Of a stretch of DNA of 64,000 nucleotides, positions 36,655 to 48,304 are shown in pieces. The notes beneath the pieces are model-generated. The model saw nothing but the letters and a program-made list of their open reading frames with translations. It had not been told where the DNA came from and did no database searches. Where the stretch lies: positions 24,111,561-24,175,560 of the forward strand of contig JARDVH010000149.1 in NCBI GenBank assembly GCA_030324005.1, given 5' to 3'. How positions within the stretch are numbered: position 1 is the stretch's first letter; the number at the start of each line of letters is the position of its first letter. The stretch comes from Negaprion brevirostris. Its lineage: Eukaryota. The position numbers and the translations under genes were made by a program.

Positions 36655-37304
36655 AACTTTGCGTCAGTATTCACGAAGGAGAGGGACTTGTTGTCTGGAA
36701 ATGTCTTGGAGGGAATTGTTGACCCGTTGGAGAAAATATCCATTACAAGGGAGGAAGTGTTAGGGTTTTTAGGTAATATTAAAACTGATAAATCTCCGGG
36801 GCCTGATGGCATTTATCCTAGGCTGCTTAGGGGGACGAGAGATGAAATTGCTGGGCCTCTGACGCAAATCTTTGTCTCTTCTTTGGATACAGGTGAGGTC
36901 CCAGAGGACTGGAGGATAGCTAATACGGTACCGCTGTTTAAAAAGGGCAGTAGGGATAATCCTGGTAATTATAGGCCGGTGAGTCTGACGTCAGTGGTAG
37001 GAAAGTTGTTGGAAAAAATTCTTAGGGATAGGATGTATGCGCATTTGGAGAGTTGTGATCTGATTAGGGATACTCAGCATGGCTTTGTTAAAGGGAGGTC
37101 TTGCCTTATGAATCTGGTAGAATTTTTTGAGGAGGTGACAAAAACGGTTGACGAAGGACAAGCCGCTGATGTCATCTATATGGATTTCAGTAAGGCGTTT
37201 GACAAAGTCCCTCACGGTAGGTTGGTAGAAAAGGTTAAGGCTCATGGGATACAGGGACAGGTATCTAGATGGATTGAAAACTGGCTAGGTAACAGGAGAC
37301 AGAG
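36655..37304 (+). mobile_element. Young CR1 LINE ORF2 (RT) fragment
   Basis: Stop-free frame: KSPGPDGIYPR, VPEDWR, GNYRPVSLTSVVGK, QHGFVKGRSC, YMDFSKAFDKVPH. Cut off by an N gap; a CR1 3' end follows at about 37490-37627. Confidence 0.93.
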
Positions 37305-37986
37305 NNNNNNNNNNNNNNNNNNNNNNNNNNNNNNNNNNNNNNNNNNNNNNNNNNNNNNNNNNNNNNNNNNNNNNNNNNNNNNNNNNNNNNNNNNNNNNNN
37401 NNNNCTGATTGGTGTTAACAAATTGTCCCTAAATTAGACCTTCCTTAATCTGGCACACATATAATTCTCTAAATTTGCACACCTTTATTGTGGAGTCCTA
37501 GAGGCGTAGACAAAAGTCATAGGTAGAAGGAGGATTGAACGAGGCACTCACTGAATGTTAAAATGGCGGCGCAAGCTTGTACGGCTGAAGGGCGTGTTTC
37601 CTGTGCTGTGTTGTTCTTTGTTCTTTATAATTTCTCATTTAGCTTTCACATACTGAGGTGAGCACAAATGTGAATTTTAAATGAGAATCATTTACTTTTC
37701 CAATGTTTGTCTCCCTGTATTAATGATTTCCTGAGACAAGTGCTAAATGACCACTTACTACTCCCCCACCCCCACATGAAATACTGCTAAACTGAACCTT
37801 ACATCGAACCCATTTTGTACTGCTGTCAAGTGTGGTGCTGTTCAATACACTTAACATTTTGTTTTGATAGAGATTAAAATTAGAAAAGGAAATCCAGATC
37901 CAAGCTCAGGCAATACTAATATATTCATCTTAGAAACTCCAAGCACTTCTTCCCACATTTGTCCAGCACTTCAACATTAGACATAC

Positions 37987-38151
37987 CATCATTTGTGCAA
38001 TTGCTCTGGCGATGTGCATTCTTCTTCTCTGGAGAAGCAGCAGCAACAGCTGTAGTCGTAGTAGCAGTAGCAGAAGTAGAAGTGGATGTAGTGGCAGCAG
38101 CAGTGCGAGGTGTCTGTACTTGTTTAATCGCTAAGCTGTTTTCATTATCAG
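37987..38151 (-). CDS. ZNF618: ZNF618 linker exon with Thr/Ala/Ser-rich tract
   Basis: Acceptor tttcttttactctag|, donor ATG|gtatgt, 165 nt, phase 1-1. Reads (A)DNENSLAIKQVQTPRTAAATTSTSTSATATTTTAVAAASPEKKNAHRQSNCTND(V); ADNEN matches ZNF618. In frame with both neighbours. Confidence 0.88.
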
Positions 38152-38879
38152 CTAGAGTAAAAGAAACCATGTGGATTACAAGACTAAATAGAATGAAAAA
38201 GAGGATTAACAACCTTATAATATTTTCAGTTGTCTGGAACAAACCCCCCACACAACTAGAGTCTGACCACTACTGTGCCATATTACTGAGGTGAACAGGA
38301 AAGTAGGGGTAGCGGACAAGGCAAAAAAAAGTACCAGCTTCTTTCTAGATGTTTTGTTATGCAGTACACTGGTGCCATTGTACTCTGTTACTCCTGTACT
38401 ATATCACTTAGTTTCGGGAATCGCCTGCTTTACATCCATTCCAATCTCCAGGACATGGGTCATGTTGTGGAAAATGTCCCTTGGAAGAACGAAGACACCT
38501 CAATGCTCACCAATCTCAAAGGCAATTCGGGTCTTGCCAGCAATGCTCACATCCCATGAACAAATAGAAAAAATGCAACCTTTGTCAAAGAGACTGTATC
38601 CCCTGTACAGAAGCGGTGAACAAGTAGCTATCAAGACTGATGTGTAGCGTGAAACTACATGGGTCATGTAGAGCTCTTAAATGGACATTCGCATAAGTTT
38701 GCATTTTGCTCAAAATAATGACCATAACACATCTTAATGTTTCAACTTGGATACAAGCAAATGTTTCAGGGTTGAAGAACAGTCTGGCATTCTTGTCCAA
38801 ATAAAACTATTTGGATTGTAGGAGAAATCTCGTACATTCTTAAAAAAGGCTGCTACTCAAGAGTGATCCAATTACTAAC

Positions 38880-39745
38880 AGCGAATTTAATAGCGAAGAA
38901 GTTATCAAAAATTATAGGGAGATCTTCATCAGTTAGGGAAGTGGGCCGAGGATTGACAAATGGATTTCAATACAGATAAGTGAGAGGTGTTGTACTTTGG
39001 AAAGACAAACCATGGTAGAACTTATACAATGAATGATAGGGCCCTGGGGAGTGCTGAGGAACAAAGGGACCTAGGAGTACAAGTAAATAGTTTGTTGAAA
39101 GCAGCGTCACAGGTAGATAGGATGGTGAAAAGGGCATTTAACACACTGGCCTTCATCAGTCAGGGCATTAAGTATAGGAGTTGGGACATTATGTTACAGT
39201 TGTACAAGTCATTGGTGAGGCGGCACTTGGGAGTATTGAGTACAGTTTTGGTCAGACATTGGCAAACTGGAAAGAGTGCAAAGAAGATTTACGAGCACGT
39301 TGACAATANNNNNNNNNNNNNNNNNNNNNNNNNNNNNNNNNNNNNNNNNNNNNNNNNNNNNTGGAATGTAGGAGAATGAAGGGTGACTTTATTGAAGTCT
39401 ACAAAACCATGAGGAGCATACAGAGGATGAACGTACAGTCTTCTTCTCAGGGATGGGGACTTGAAAACTAGAGGGCAAAAGATTTAAGGTGAGAGGGGAA
39501 GATTTAAAAGGGATTAGAGAGGCATCTCCTTCATGCAGAATGCGACCAGTGTATGGAATGAGCTGCTTGAGCAAGTGGTTGAGGTGAGTACAATAGCAAC
39601 ATTTAAAAAGCACTTGGATAAGTACATAGATGGGAAAGAATTTGAGGAATGTGAGCAACTGGGACTAGCTGGGAGGGGACCATGGTCGGCATGGACTTGT
39701 TGGACTGAAGGGCCTGTTTTTGTGCTGTATTGCTCTATGACTATG
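38880..39745 (+). mobile_element. CR1 LINE 3' part
   Basis: EQRDLGVQV, AFISQGIKYRSWDIMLQLYKSLVR; 3' end ggactgaagggcctgtttttgtgctgtattgctctatgactatg. Confidence 0.88.
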
Positions 39746-41470
39746 GACGTAGATAAAAATTAGGTGATATAACTTGGCTCAAAATGAAATTTGGATAGAA
39801 ATTATGACAAGAACCAGATGCTCATAAGTACCACATGGTCAGAACGTCACCGAAGGTAAAGTTTACTCGTACCTCAGTCTTGGCTAAGCGTGGTTTCCCA
39901 TGAGTGTGTTTTGAATTAAAGGCGCATTTAACTTATGACAAACAAGATAGATATGAACCATCTCAATTTACCTTGTACACTGCTTTCATCAACCAATACA
40001 ACCCAAGGATGTTCTACTGAATTGCAGTGAGGATTGTGAAAAGTAGCTCAAAGATTTTCTGATAATTCCCAATCCATATATTACACACACGCCCTGGACT
40101 ACCTCACATGGATTTTCAGCTGAGAGCATGTACTTACGCACATTTTTAAATGTGATCCCTAGAATAGCTAATTATGCACTGGGATGATAACATCTGCACT
40201 TGATAGACATCAAGGTTTGATTTGTTTGGTATGATATAATTTGATGTCTTTTGTAATAGTCACTTGGTAGTGCAGAACATGTGAATTGCAGAAAAAGAGA
40301 CATGATGTCAAAGTTTTTCCATCTTGCACTCATCAGGACAGATGCAAAAATGCTAAATTTCAAAGGAAGCCTCAACACAGTGCATGAAAAAAAGATGCAA
40401 TTGGTTGGCAAGATGATTCTGACTGGTCAAGGCATTGGCATGGAAAATGCCTGCAAAGTAGAGGTCCCTGTGCATGAATAAATGTGGCTTCTAGCAAATT
40501 TAAGTGAACCACATTGTGAGCCAACCAATAATCTTAAATTGGTGCCAATGCCAGGTATGCATCTGAACGCACCAATAACTAACGGATTCTATCACACAGC
40601 ATATTCCTGGTTTGCAATAGGCAGAATGTTGACTCTGCTCAACCAGCCCACGCCTGCAACTTTGAACATAATGTCTCATGTTTGATGTGGTTCTGTGATT
40701 AGACAGNNNNNNNNNNNAATTCTAAAGGTTGCAACCAATTTAACATCATCACTTGGACTTATACTGTAGCTCACTTTTCCTTGCTAGAAGCTACACATTC
40801 ATATGCAGGGATCTGTCTTCTGCAAATGGAAAGAATATGTCCAACCGTTGTGTCTTTTTCAAATTAAACAAAAACGTGTGGGGTAGCTGTTCTTTGGTGC
40901 ATTCTTTATGGTAATGCCTTTAACAGAGTCAACCCTCATATCAATCAGAATTCTTCTCACGCAGTATGAATTGTTGTTCCTTTGACATGTGGCATTCTTG
41001 CTTCTGCCCTGATGAGTACAAGACAAAATATTTCGACAACTCAACTCTTTTTTCAGCAAGACCCCGTGTAGTAGTGTTTTTACAAAAATAATTCCTTGTA
41101 TTCAAAATGTTTATTTTACCTCTATTTGTAAAATACTGCTCATAGCAGAAATACGGTGGATGATTTCAACACAAACAAAATTAAATGGGAACTACAGATC
41201 CTCAACAACTGTTACCTTATCTTGAATTTGAAAGGAGACTTTTATTTTACATACATCTTTGTAATGCGCGTGAAACCAGGCATTTAAGAAATTAAAATTT
41301 TTATAGCAATGTATGTTAAAGGGTTATAGCTTAAAAGATGCCTGCATTTTGTAAAGTTTTATATTCTCACAATAAAATTCCTGATACAAGTACAATAAAC
41401 GGAATTTGTTGTGAAGAGTGTTTAATACCCAAATGAACCAACAGAATTGTTAGGGAAAAAATACCCTTAC

Positions 41471-41548
41471 CTGTGTGGGAATGCATGTGCTCTATTAGAT
41501 TGTTATAAAACTGGAACTGAATTCCACATGCCCCACAGGTGTATTGCT
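41471..41548 (-). CDS. ZNF618: ZNF618 C2H2 finger exon
   Basis: Acceptor ttttctgttccatttaag|, donor CAG|gtaagg, 78 nt, phase 1-1. Reads (E)QYTCGACGIQFQFYNNLIEHMHSHT, near-identical to the last ZNF618 finger. Confidence 0.95.
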
Positions 41549-42167
41549 CTTAAATGGAACAGAAAAGATAAAAATCAGAAACGATAAAGTCAATGCAACA
41601 ATGGAGTATTGTGCTCCCACATAAAAATACCAAATTCAAATTTCAACTGTGACCATTACATTGTTTTTGCCTACGGGCAAAATTTATCAGTTCTTAAATA
41701 GATCCTCCACGGCAAGTTTCCCTTAAACCATTCCCATGAGCTCATGTGAATGATGACATCCCCTTCTAACCAAAGACAGTATAGATGAATGAACTAATAT
41801 GGAGAGAGGAAAGAAAAAAAATGTAGGAAAAATAAAAACTGAGAAATGAAAACCAGATGGAAGATTTCTTTAATAAAAATGCCTACACGAACAAACCAAA
41901 TCTGATATTGAAAACCACAGCAATATTCAAACATGCTATTACCACTGCACCATTTGGCCACAGCATCCGAGAGGTGTTCTCAAAAATACAATTACCAACC
42001 AAAATCTTAAGAAGCAATTGGAATTTTAATATGAAACTACCACACTAAGTTTAAAACAAATGCAATTCGATTTCAATGGAGGAAGAGAATATTTTGTAAA
42101 CCACAGATTGACGCCATCAATATTCTCCCTACATGATCTTACAAATTCATTATATTACATTTTTTTA

Positions 42168-42660
42168 ATCATAGAATCAAAGAACCCTACAGTGCAGAAA
42201 GAGGCCCTTCGGCCCATCGAGTCTGCACTGAACACAATCCCACCCAGGCCCTAGCCCCATATCATACCCACTAATCCTTCGACACTAAGGGGCAATTTCT
42301 TAGCATGGCCAATCAACCTAACCCGCACATCTTTGGACTGTGGGAGGAAACTGGANNNNNNNNNNNNNNNNNNNNNNNNNNNNNNNNNNNNNNNNNNNNN
42401 NNNNNNNNNNNNNNNNNNNNNNNNNNNNNNNNNNNNNNNNNNNNNNNNNNNNNNNCTAAGGGGCAATTTCTTAGCATGGCCAATCAACCTAACCCGCACA
42501 TCTTTGGACTGTGGGAGGAAACTGGAATACCCGGAGGAAACCCACGCAGACACGAGGAGAACGTGCAAACTCCACACACAGTGACCCGAGCCGGGAATCA
42601 AACCCAGGACCCTGGAGTTGTGAAGCAGCAGTGCTAACCACTGTGCTACAATGCCGCCCG
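42168..42660 (-). mobile_element. tRNA-derived SINE (antisense), spanning a gap
   Basis: CR1-type tail agaaccctacagtgcagaaagaggcccttcggcccatc, core ggaaacccacgcagacacgaggagaacgtgcaaactcc, head cagtgctaaccactgtgct. Confidence 0.88.
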
Positions 42661-44064
42661 TGTCACAACTGAACAAAAAAGAGAAATCATGGTTATGTTT
42701 GAACTGCTCTGTGGAGAAGCTCTGGTTTGTTTGATGCATAGTTCTCCAGCATTAACTTAATCTTGGTCATTTGCGATAGATTTAAGCAAGATTCAGCTAC
42801 TTACAGCTTTCCTTAGACACACTGAAATTACTGTGATCTTAAGGAAATAACATATTTAACTGATGGTCTGAGGTTCATTTTAACCATCCCTCCTTTGTTA
42901 CCTCCATCCTTTTGAGCACCATGGCAGATAGGCCAAGTGGAGATAGGTCATAGCCAGTGTTCTTGTCGATGGTTAGCAGGAAGTGCACAAGTGTTATCTG
43001 AAAGAACTCATTCTGCTTTTTCTTGCTGAAAGTGTGCTTTTTCTCAGAACTGCCTGAGACTCAGAGCAGAACATTAGCACATCAGAAATGTCAGCTGCGA
43101 ATCCGTGTTTTATTGTTCTATGAAACAACACGTTGGCGCACCAGAAATTGCATTCCTTAGCCACTTAAATTAAAGAAAGGAATCATGACATGAAGTTTTT
43201 TTTGGAGCTACATTCTGGGTTATTCAACCATCTACGGGAGTAAAGTTATTTGGGAAAAATTGATTCAAATAATACCTAAGGTTTTCGAGGCTGAAAAATA
43301 CAAGTACTGATGAGAAGTTAGTTCCAAATGATGGCAAATTCTCATTAATATAACTTGCCATACAATGTAACTTTGGTTAGGATGCGTCAAAAAGAATGAT
43401 TCAGTCAGCTTTTTATAATGCAGCCATTTTTTGACCTTTTACAACAATTTTCCTGCTCAGTGTTCTTGATTCTGGATTGCTATAGACAGGAAAGAGATTG
43501 AACTTTATAATGTAGGTTTCCATTGTATTTCCACTTAACATTACTTCAAGCTCAATCCTTTCTGCAACTGGAAAGGAATGACATAACACCCCTGCATCAT
43601 TGTTTTGGTCACACTGTTCAGCAGACAAGTGACCTGAAGACTGCCCATAAACCAGGGTAAAAGTGTTGCGGGGCTATAGATCTGAAAAGTAAAAACCAGC
43701 AAATTCTGCTCATTACAGGAAGGGCTGCATGGAGAAGATCAGACCATTTAGTCGCTGTTTTTCACAACTCAACAAATTGCTGGTTTAATTTTACTCTGCT
43801 AAAGACTTTGAAGTTAGCAGCATTTTTCACCTTCCTGCCCTGATTGGGAACGAGTGCCACATTTTAGGAACCCTGCATTCCATCATCCAGCACATGCAAG
43901 CCAAACCTGCTGTGGACTTTGATAAAATTGCAACGATTAACTTACATCTGCAGCTTTATACTACATTAATGCCAGCAATATAATACAGTATGTAATATCA
44001 GTATTATGCATGACTTTCATGTCTTGGCAATTTAACCCATTCTTTAGTATCTAAAGGATAAATT

Positions 44065-44370
44065 GTTTATTCATGGGATGTGGGCATTGCCAGTTGGGCC
44101 AGCATTTATTAACCATCCAGAATTGCGCTGCAAATCATTGCTGTGGGTCTGGAGTCATATGTATGCCAGATCAAGAAAGAACGGTTGATTTCCTTCCCTA
44201 AAGGACATTTGTGAACCAGACAGCTGCTTTCAATAATCAACAATGGTTTTATGGTCATCATTGTTATTGAATTCAAATTTCACCACCTGCCTTGGTTGGA
44301 TTTGAACCCAAGCTCTTAGAGCATTACCCTGTGTCTCTAAATGACTAGTCCAATGACAATACCACTGCCA
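44065..44370 (-). mobile_element. SINE with L2-like tail (antisense)
   Basis: ttcatgggatgtgggc is the reverse complement of the cacatcccatgaa tail; ggatttgaaccc is a reversed B box; related to 53020-53350. Confidence 0.65.
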
Positions 44371-45547
44371 GGAATATCTAGATGAAGGCAAATCCTATAT
44401 GGTAATGATTTGCTGTGATTATGTATAAACATACAATGCAAATAAACATGTGTTTCATTGTTACACTGAATAATTGAGGTGTGAATACAGAAATTTAGTT
44501 GTTAAATATTTGCATTTTTATCACTAATTTCTACAGCAAATACTTCATAAATTACCTCTTGCTCTGCTATTATGTGCATGTTGTCTTAAGCAGGTGCAGT
44601 GTTTATGTTCATTTCCACAGCTCTGACATGTGGAGCCATCTGCAAACATTAAACAAACCATACCTCATTTGCAATTTCCACAAATTTTCAGAAGCAAAAT
44701 TAACTTCATCACATCAGTATGTTCAAGCATTTTCACTTCAACATCTTTTGTAAATTAAAAAGATTTATTTATTTTGTACATATACATCAGGCTTTTGCTT
44801 TAAATTTCAAGCAAGCTTGCATTAAAAGTTAATGACTGTAATAAAGATTAAGTCTGACTTACTTTTGACAGAAGGCAGACCTGACTTTTGTATGCTGGTA
44901 CCTCCTGGAAAACATTGTGAGATCAGTGCATTTACTTCAAAAGAAGCATTTATAATGCAATATGCAGAAGTACAACAAACTATGTTTGTAGTAATGCTGT
45001 ATGTGCAAGATTCTCAATTGTTCATATGTTAATACAAGCAACCTTTCTCATTATACTGCTACATTCTACTTGACAAACCTATACTCAGTAAATCATAACA
45101 AATGTGAATGCAGCTATTATACTGCCCTTTTTGGGTAGCTTATTGAACAAACTCAAAATACAAACGAATAACTTTAAAATGAAACAAAAATCACTGGAAA
45201 TTATTTGGAATCATGGAACTACAGATCCAGTTTTTATTATTTTCTGGAAAGGACGAGTGTTGAAAGTTTCCCGTTGGAGGTAATGACATTGCACGTGTGC
45301 CACAGTGAAAGCCACAAAATCTTAAAGCAAAGTTTGTGCTAACTTAGTACTGACCTCCAACCTTCCATTACCAGCTATGCTGGGGTAGAGCTGGTGAGAA
45401 TAAAAACGGGATTAAGCCAGTGCTTTAACTTGGGAATGATCCCAGAGAAACAATTTAAATATTAAGCTTGAAAATATCAGTTCACAAGAACAGAGAAAAC
45501 ATTATGCTGAGTATTAACTTACTGAATGATTATTTTTGATAATCATT

Positions 45548-45715
45548 GCGGAGTTGGTTAGCTCAGTTCATTGGATGACTGGTTTGTGATTCAGAACTAT
45601 GCTAACAGTGCAGGCTCAATTCTCATAGTAGCTGAGGTTATTAATGAGGGCCTCACCTTTTCAACTTTGCTTCTCACCAGACCAATGGTCATCTGGGGCT
45701 ATGGTGACTTCATTC
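45548..45715 (+). mobile_element. Old tRNA-derived SINE fragment (distinct family)
   Basis: ggttagctcagtt (A box) ... ggctcaattc (B-box-like); no cloverleaf completion. Confidence 0.45.
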
Positions 45716-45911
45716 TTGGTATTAGATATTTGCGTTTTTTGACTATCCAGTTAAATTCCAGCTCAAACTTCAACCCATCAACAAAGGGGACTCTCATTTA
45801 AACACTTAATAAAGTTAGAAATTAAATAACACACTGTACATATTCCCTGGCCTTTAATGATGCATCACTTGAAGGATCATGCTACAGATGTATTTTGTGC
45901 ACCGTACGTAC

Positions 45912-45998
45912 CACTAGAATTCTGTGAGCCATTGTTATTTTCTTCACATGCGTTTGGCAGTTTAGCTTCATTTCTTTTGCCAAGAGGACTCTCTGCGT
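45912..45998 (-). CDS. ZNF618: ZNF618 linker exon
   Basis: Acceptor atacag|, donor GTG|gtacgt, 87 nt, phase 1-1. Reads (D)AESPLGKRNEAKLPNACEENNNGSQNSS(E), matching the recalled human AESAFSRRVEGK...EETNSSSQNSS. Confidence 0.85.
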
Positions 45999-46779
45999 CT
46001 GTATATTTTTTCAGAAATGTTATTAATATTATTAGATTTGTTTTTCAGAAAACATATCTTGCCCTGAAAAAAATCATTTCTGGATGGTTTCTTCACTTTT
46101 ATGCTGAAATTGCAGAAACTTTATCACAGTTAATTTGAAGTCATGTCTATTTCTTTTACATTTAATTTTTAGTAGAGAAAAAGGATTGTACCCTGTGTAA
46201 TTATACCTCAAAATCAAAACAAACATATCAAATTATGAAAAAAAGCAGGTTTTTCATTTACTTCAGGGATTAATATTTCTTTGAAAAACACAAGATGTTA
46301 TAAATTTAGCATGGTCTTCTCTAAATACTTAGTATTATAGGGACCATCTTAATAGGTTGGAAATAAAATGTCCTGTCCATAATACAGCCCTCATTAACAC
46401 ACTGCACTCATGGCACCAGGTCAAACATGGGGAAGTAAACATCCTGCTGATTACTACCTACTGCCCTCCATCAGCTCACGATTCAGTACTCTTCATGTTA
46501 AACACCACTTGAAAGAAGCACGGAGGACAACAAGGAGACACAATGTACTCTGGATATAAGATATCAATGGCCATCACCAGCAATGGTTTAGCTAGGTGAG
46601 GTGGTTTGTCAGATTTCATGAACCAACAAAAATAATGACTAAAGAAATGGTAGAGGGAAAGAAGTAGAGTATAAGAGAACGTTAGCTCGGAATGTTCAAA
46701 AAAAGTGTAAACGTTTCTACAAGCCTTTAAAGAGGAAAAAAACTAAAGTTTGTGTTGTCGCAACTAATACTCATGCCAC

Positions 46780-47765
46780 AAACAGCTAAGTACCATCTCC
46801 AATGATAGTGACCGCACAAGACGGAGAAGAGAGTCTAACAGCACAATTTAAAGTTCAGTAGCATTATTGTCACGGAATTCCCCACAATGAATATTCAGAG
46901 TCAATGACTAGAAAATTAACTAGACAAATGACATTAATACTGCTGCTGTAAGAGGTCAGAGATTGTATATTTTACAATTACTAACTTCTGATCTTCCAAA
47001 GCCTTCATGTTATCTCCAAAGCACAAGTCAGNNNNNNNNNNNNNNNNNNNNNNNNNNNNNNNNNNNNNNNNNNNNNNNNNNNNNNNNNNNNNNNNNNNNN
47101 NNNNNNNNNNNNNNNNNNNNNNNNNNNNNNNAAGTCAGTAGTGTGATGGAATTCTCCCCATTTTCCTGGGCAAGTTTTGCTCCAAATACACTTGAATCGC
47201 GATAGCACTCAAGTCAGAGGGGCTCATACAATTGGCATCCTATCTACTATCTTAAACATTCACTTCCTCTGCCATAAGTTACACCACAACTGAAGTGTTT
47301 ACCATTTACAACATCCACTACAGCAACTAAGTCGACCTTATTTGACAAGTCTTCCAAAACCACTACCTCCACCACCTAGACAGATAAGGGAGTAAGTGTT
47401 TGGGAACACCAGCTCCCCTTAAAGTTGCAGAACTCTTGAAGTCCCTCTCTGAGAAGCACTGTGGGTGTACCTACACCACACTGACTGCAGCAATTCAAGG
47501 AGGAGGCTCACCACCACATTCTCAAACAGCAATGAGGGTCGGGCAATAAAAATGCTCACCCAGCTAGCAACACCCACATCCCATGAAAGAATACAAAGCA
47601 AAAACACTACCAACTTGTTCAGAGTCAAAACCATCTCCCTACCAGCACTATGCAAGTACCTTCACAACAAAATTACGGTTCAAGATGGTGACGGTCTACC
47701 AATTAAGGATGGGTAATAAAAGTTGATCTTGCCAATAATCTCACATTTTATGAACAAATAAAACA
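46780..47765 (+). mobile_element. Degraded L2-like LINE 3' remnants
   Basis: Homologous to 7090-8220 (cacaagtcag...gtgtgatggaattctccc, caccaccacattctc, cacccacatcccatgaaagaat). Confidence 0.6.
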
Positions 47766-47860
47766 CCACTCTTACACATTCTTAAAACTAACTGAAAAAT
47801 GTAGGTGATTACGTGTTACTTATAGCAAGAAGAAATTTATGTTTGGAACATAATACATAC

Positions 47861-47950
47861 CAGAGGATGCATGCAGAGCCACATGTTCCTGGTAGGGAGT
47901 GTAATACTTGTAACGCTTGCCACAGTATTCACAGATGTAGCTACCTGTTT
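47861..47950 (-). CDS. ZNF618: ZNF618 C2H2 finger exon
   Basis: Acceptor ttttgtttcattgttccag|, donor CTG|gtatgt, 90 nt, phase 1-1. Reads (K)TGSYICEYCGKRYKYYTPYQEHVALHASS. Confidence 0.95.
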
Positions 47951-48304
47951 CTGGAACAATGAAACAAAATAGTTAGAACCAACAAAGCTGAGCCCAGTTA
48001 TTAAAAGTCGTTTGGTATTGCAGAATTTGAGTACTGCTGAAATTTTCTTTTGATGAAGCTTTTCATTTTTCACACAATAGGACATTTCTAAGAACATGGG
48101 AATGGGGCCTGGGTGAGATTATAATCAGTGCAGACTTGATGGGCCAAAGGGCCTCCTTGTGTACTGTAGGGAGTCTATGATTCTATGAATATAATGCCAA
48201 AGAATCAATACATTTATCCTATGCGAGAAGGGAGGGCTGACAGGTGGGCAAATGAACTCTTGTAGAGGCACCGGCTTAGAGAATGCACCAATTGATGAAC
48301 AATT

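Noticed and set aside
38291-38800. Overlapping 118, 66 and 71 aa ORFs in the ZNF618 intron
   Set aside because: No recognisable domain or good splice pair, and the region contains an L2-like tail (cacatcccatgaa).
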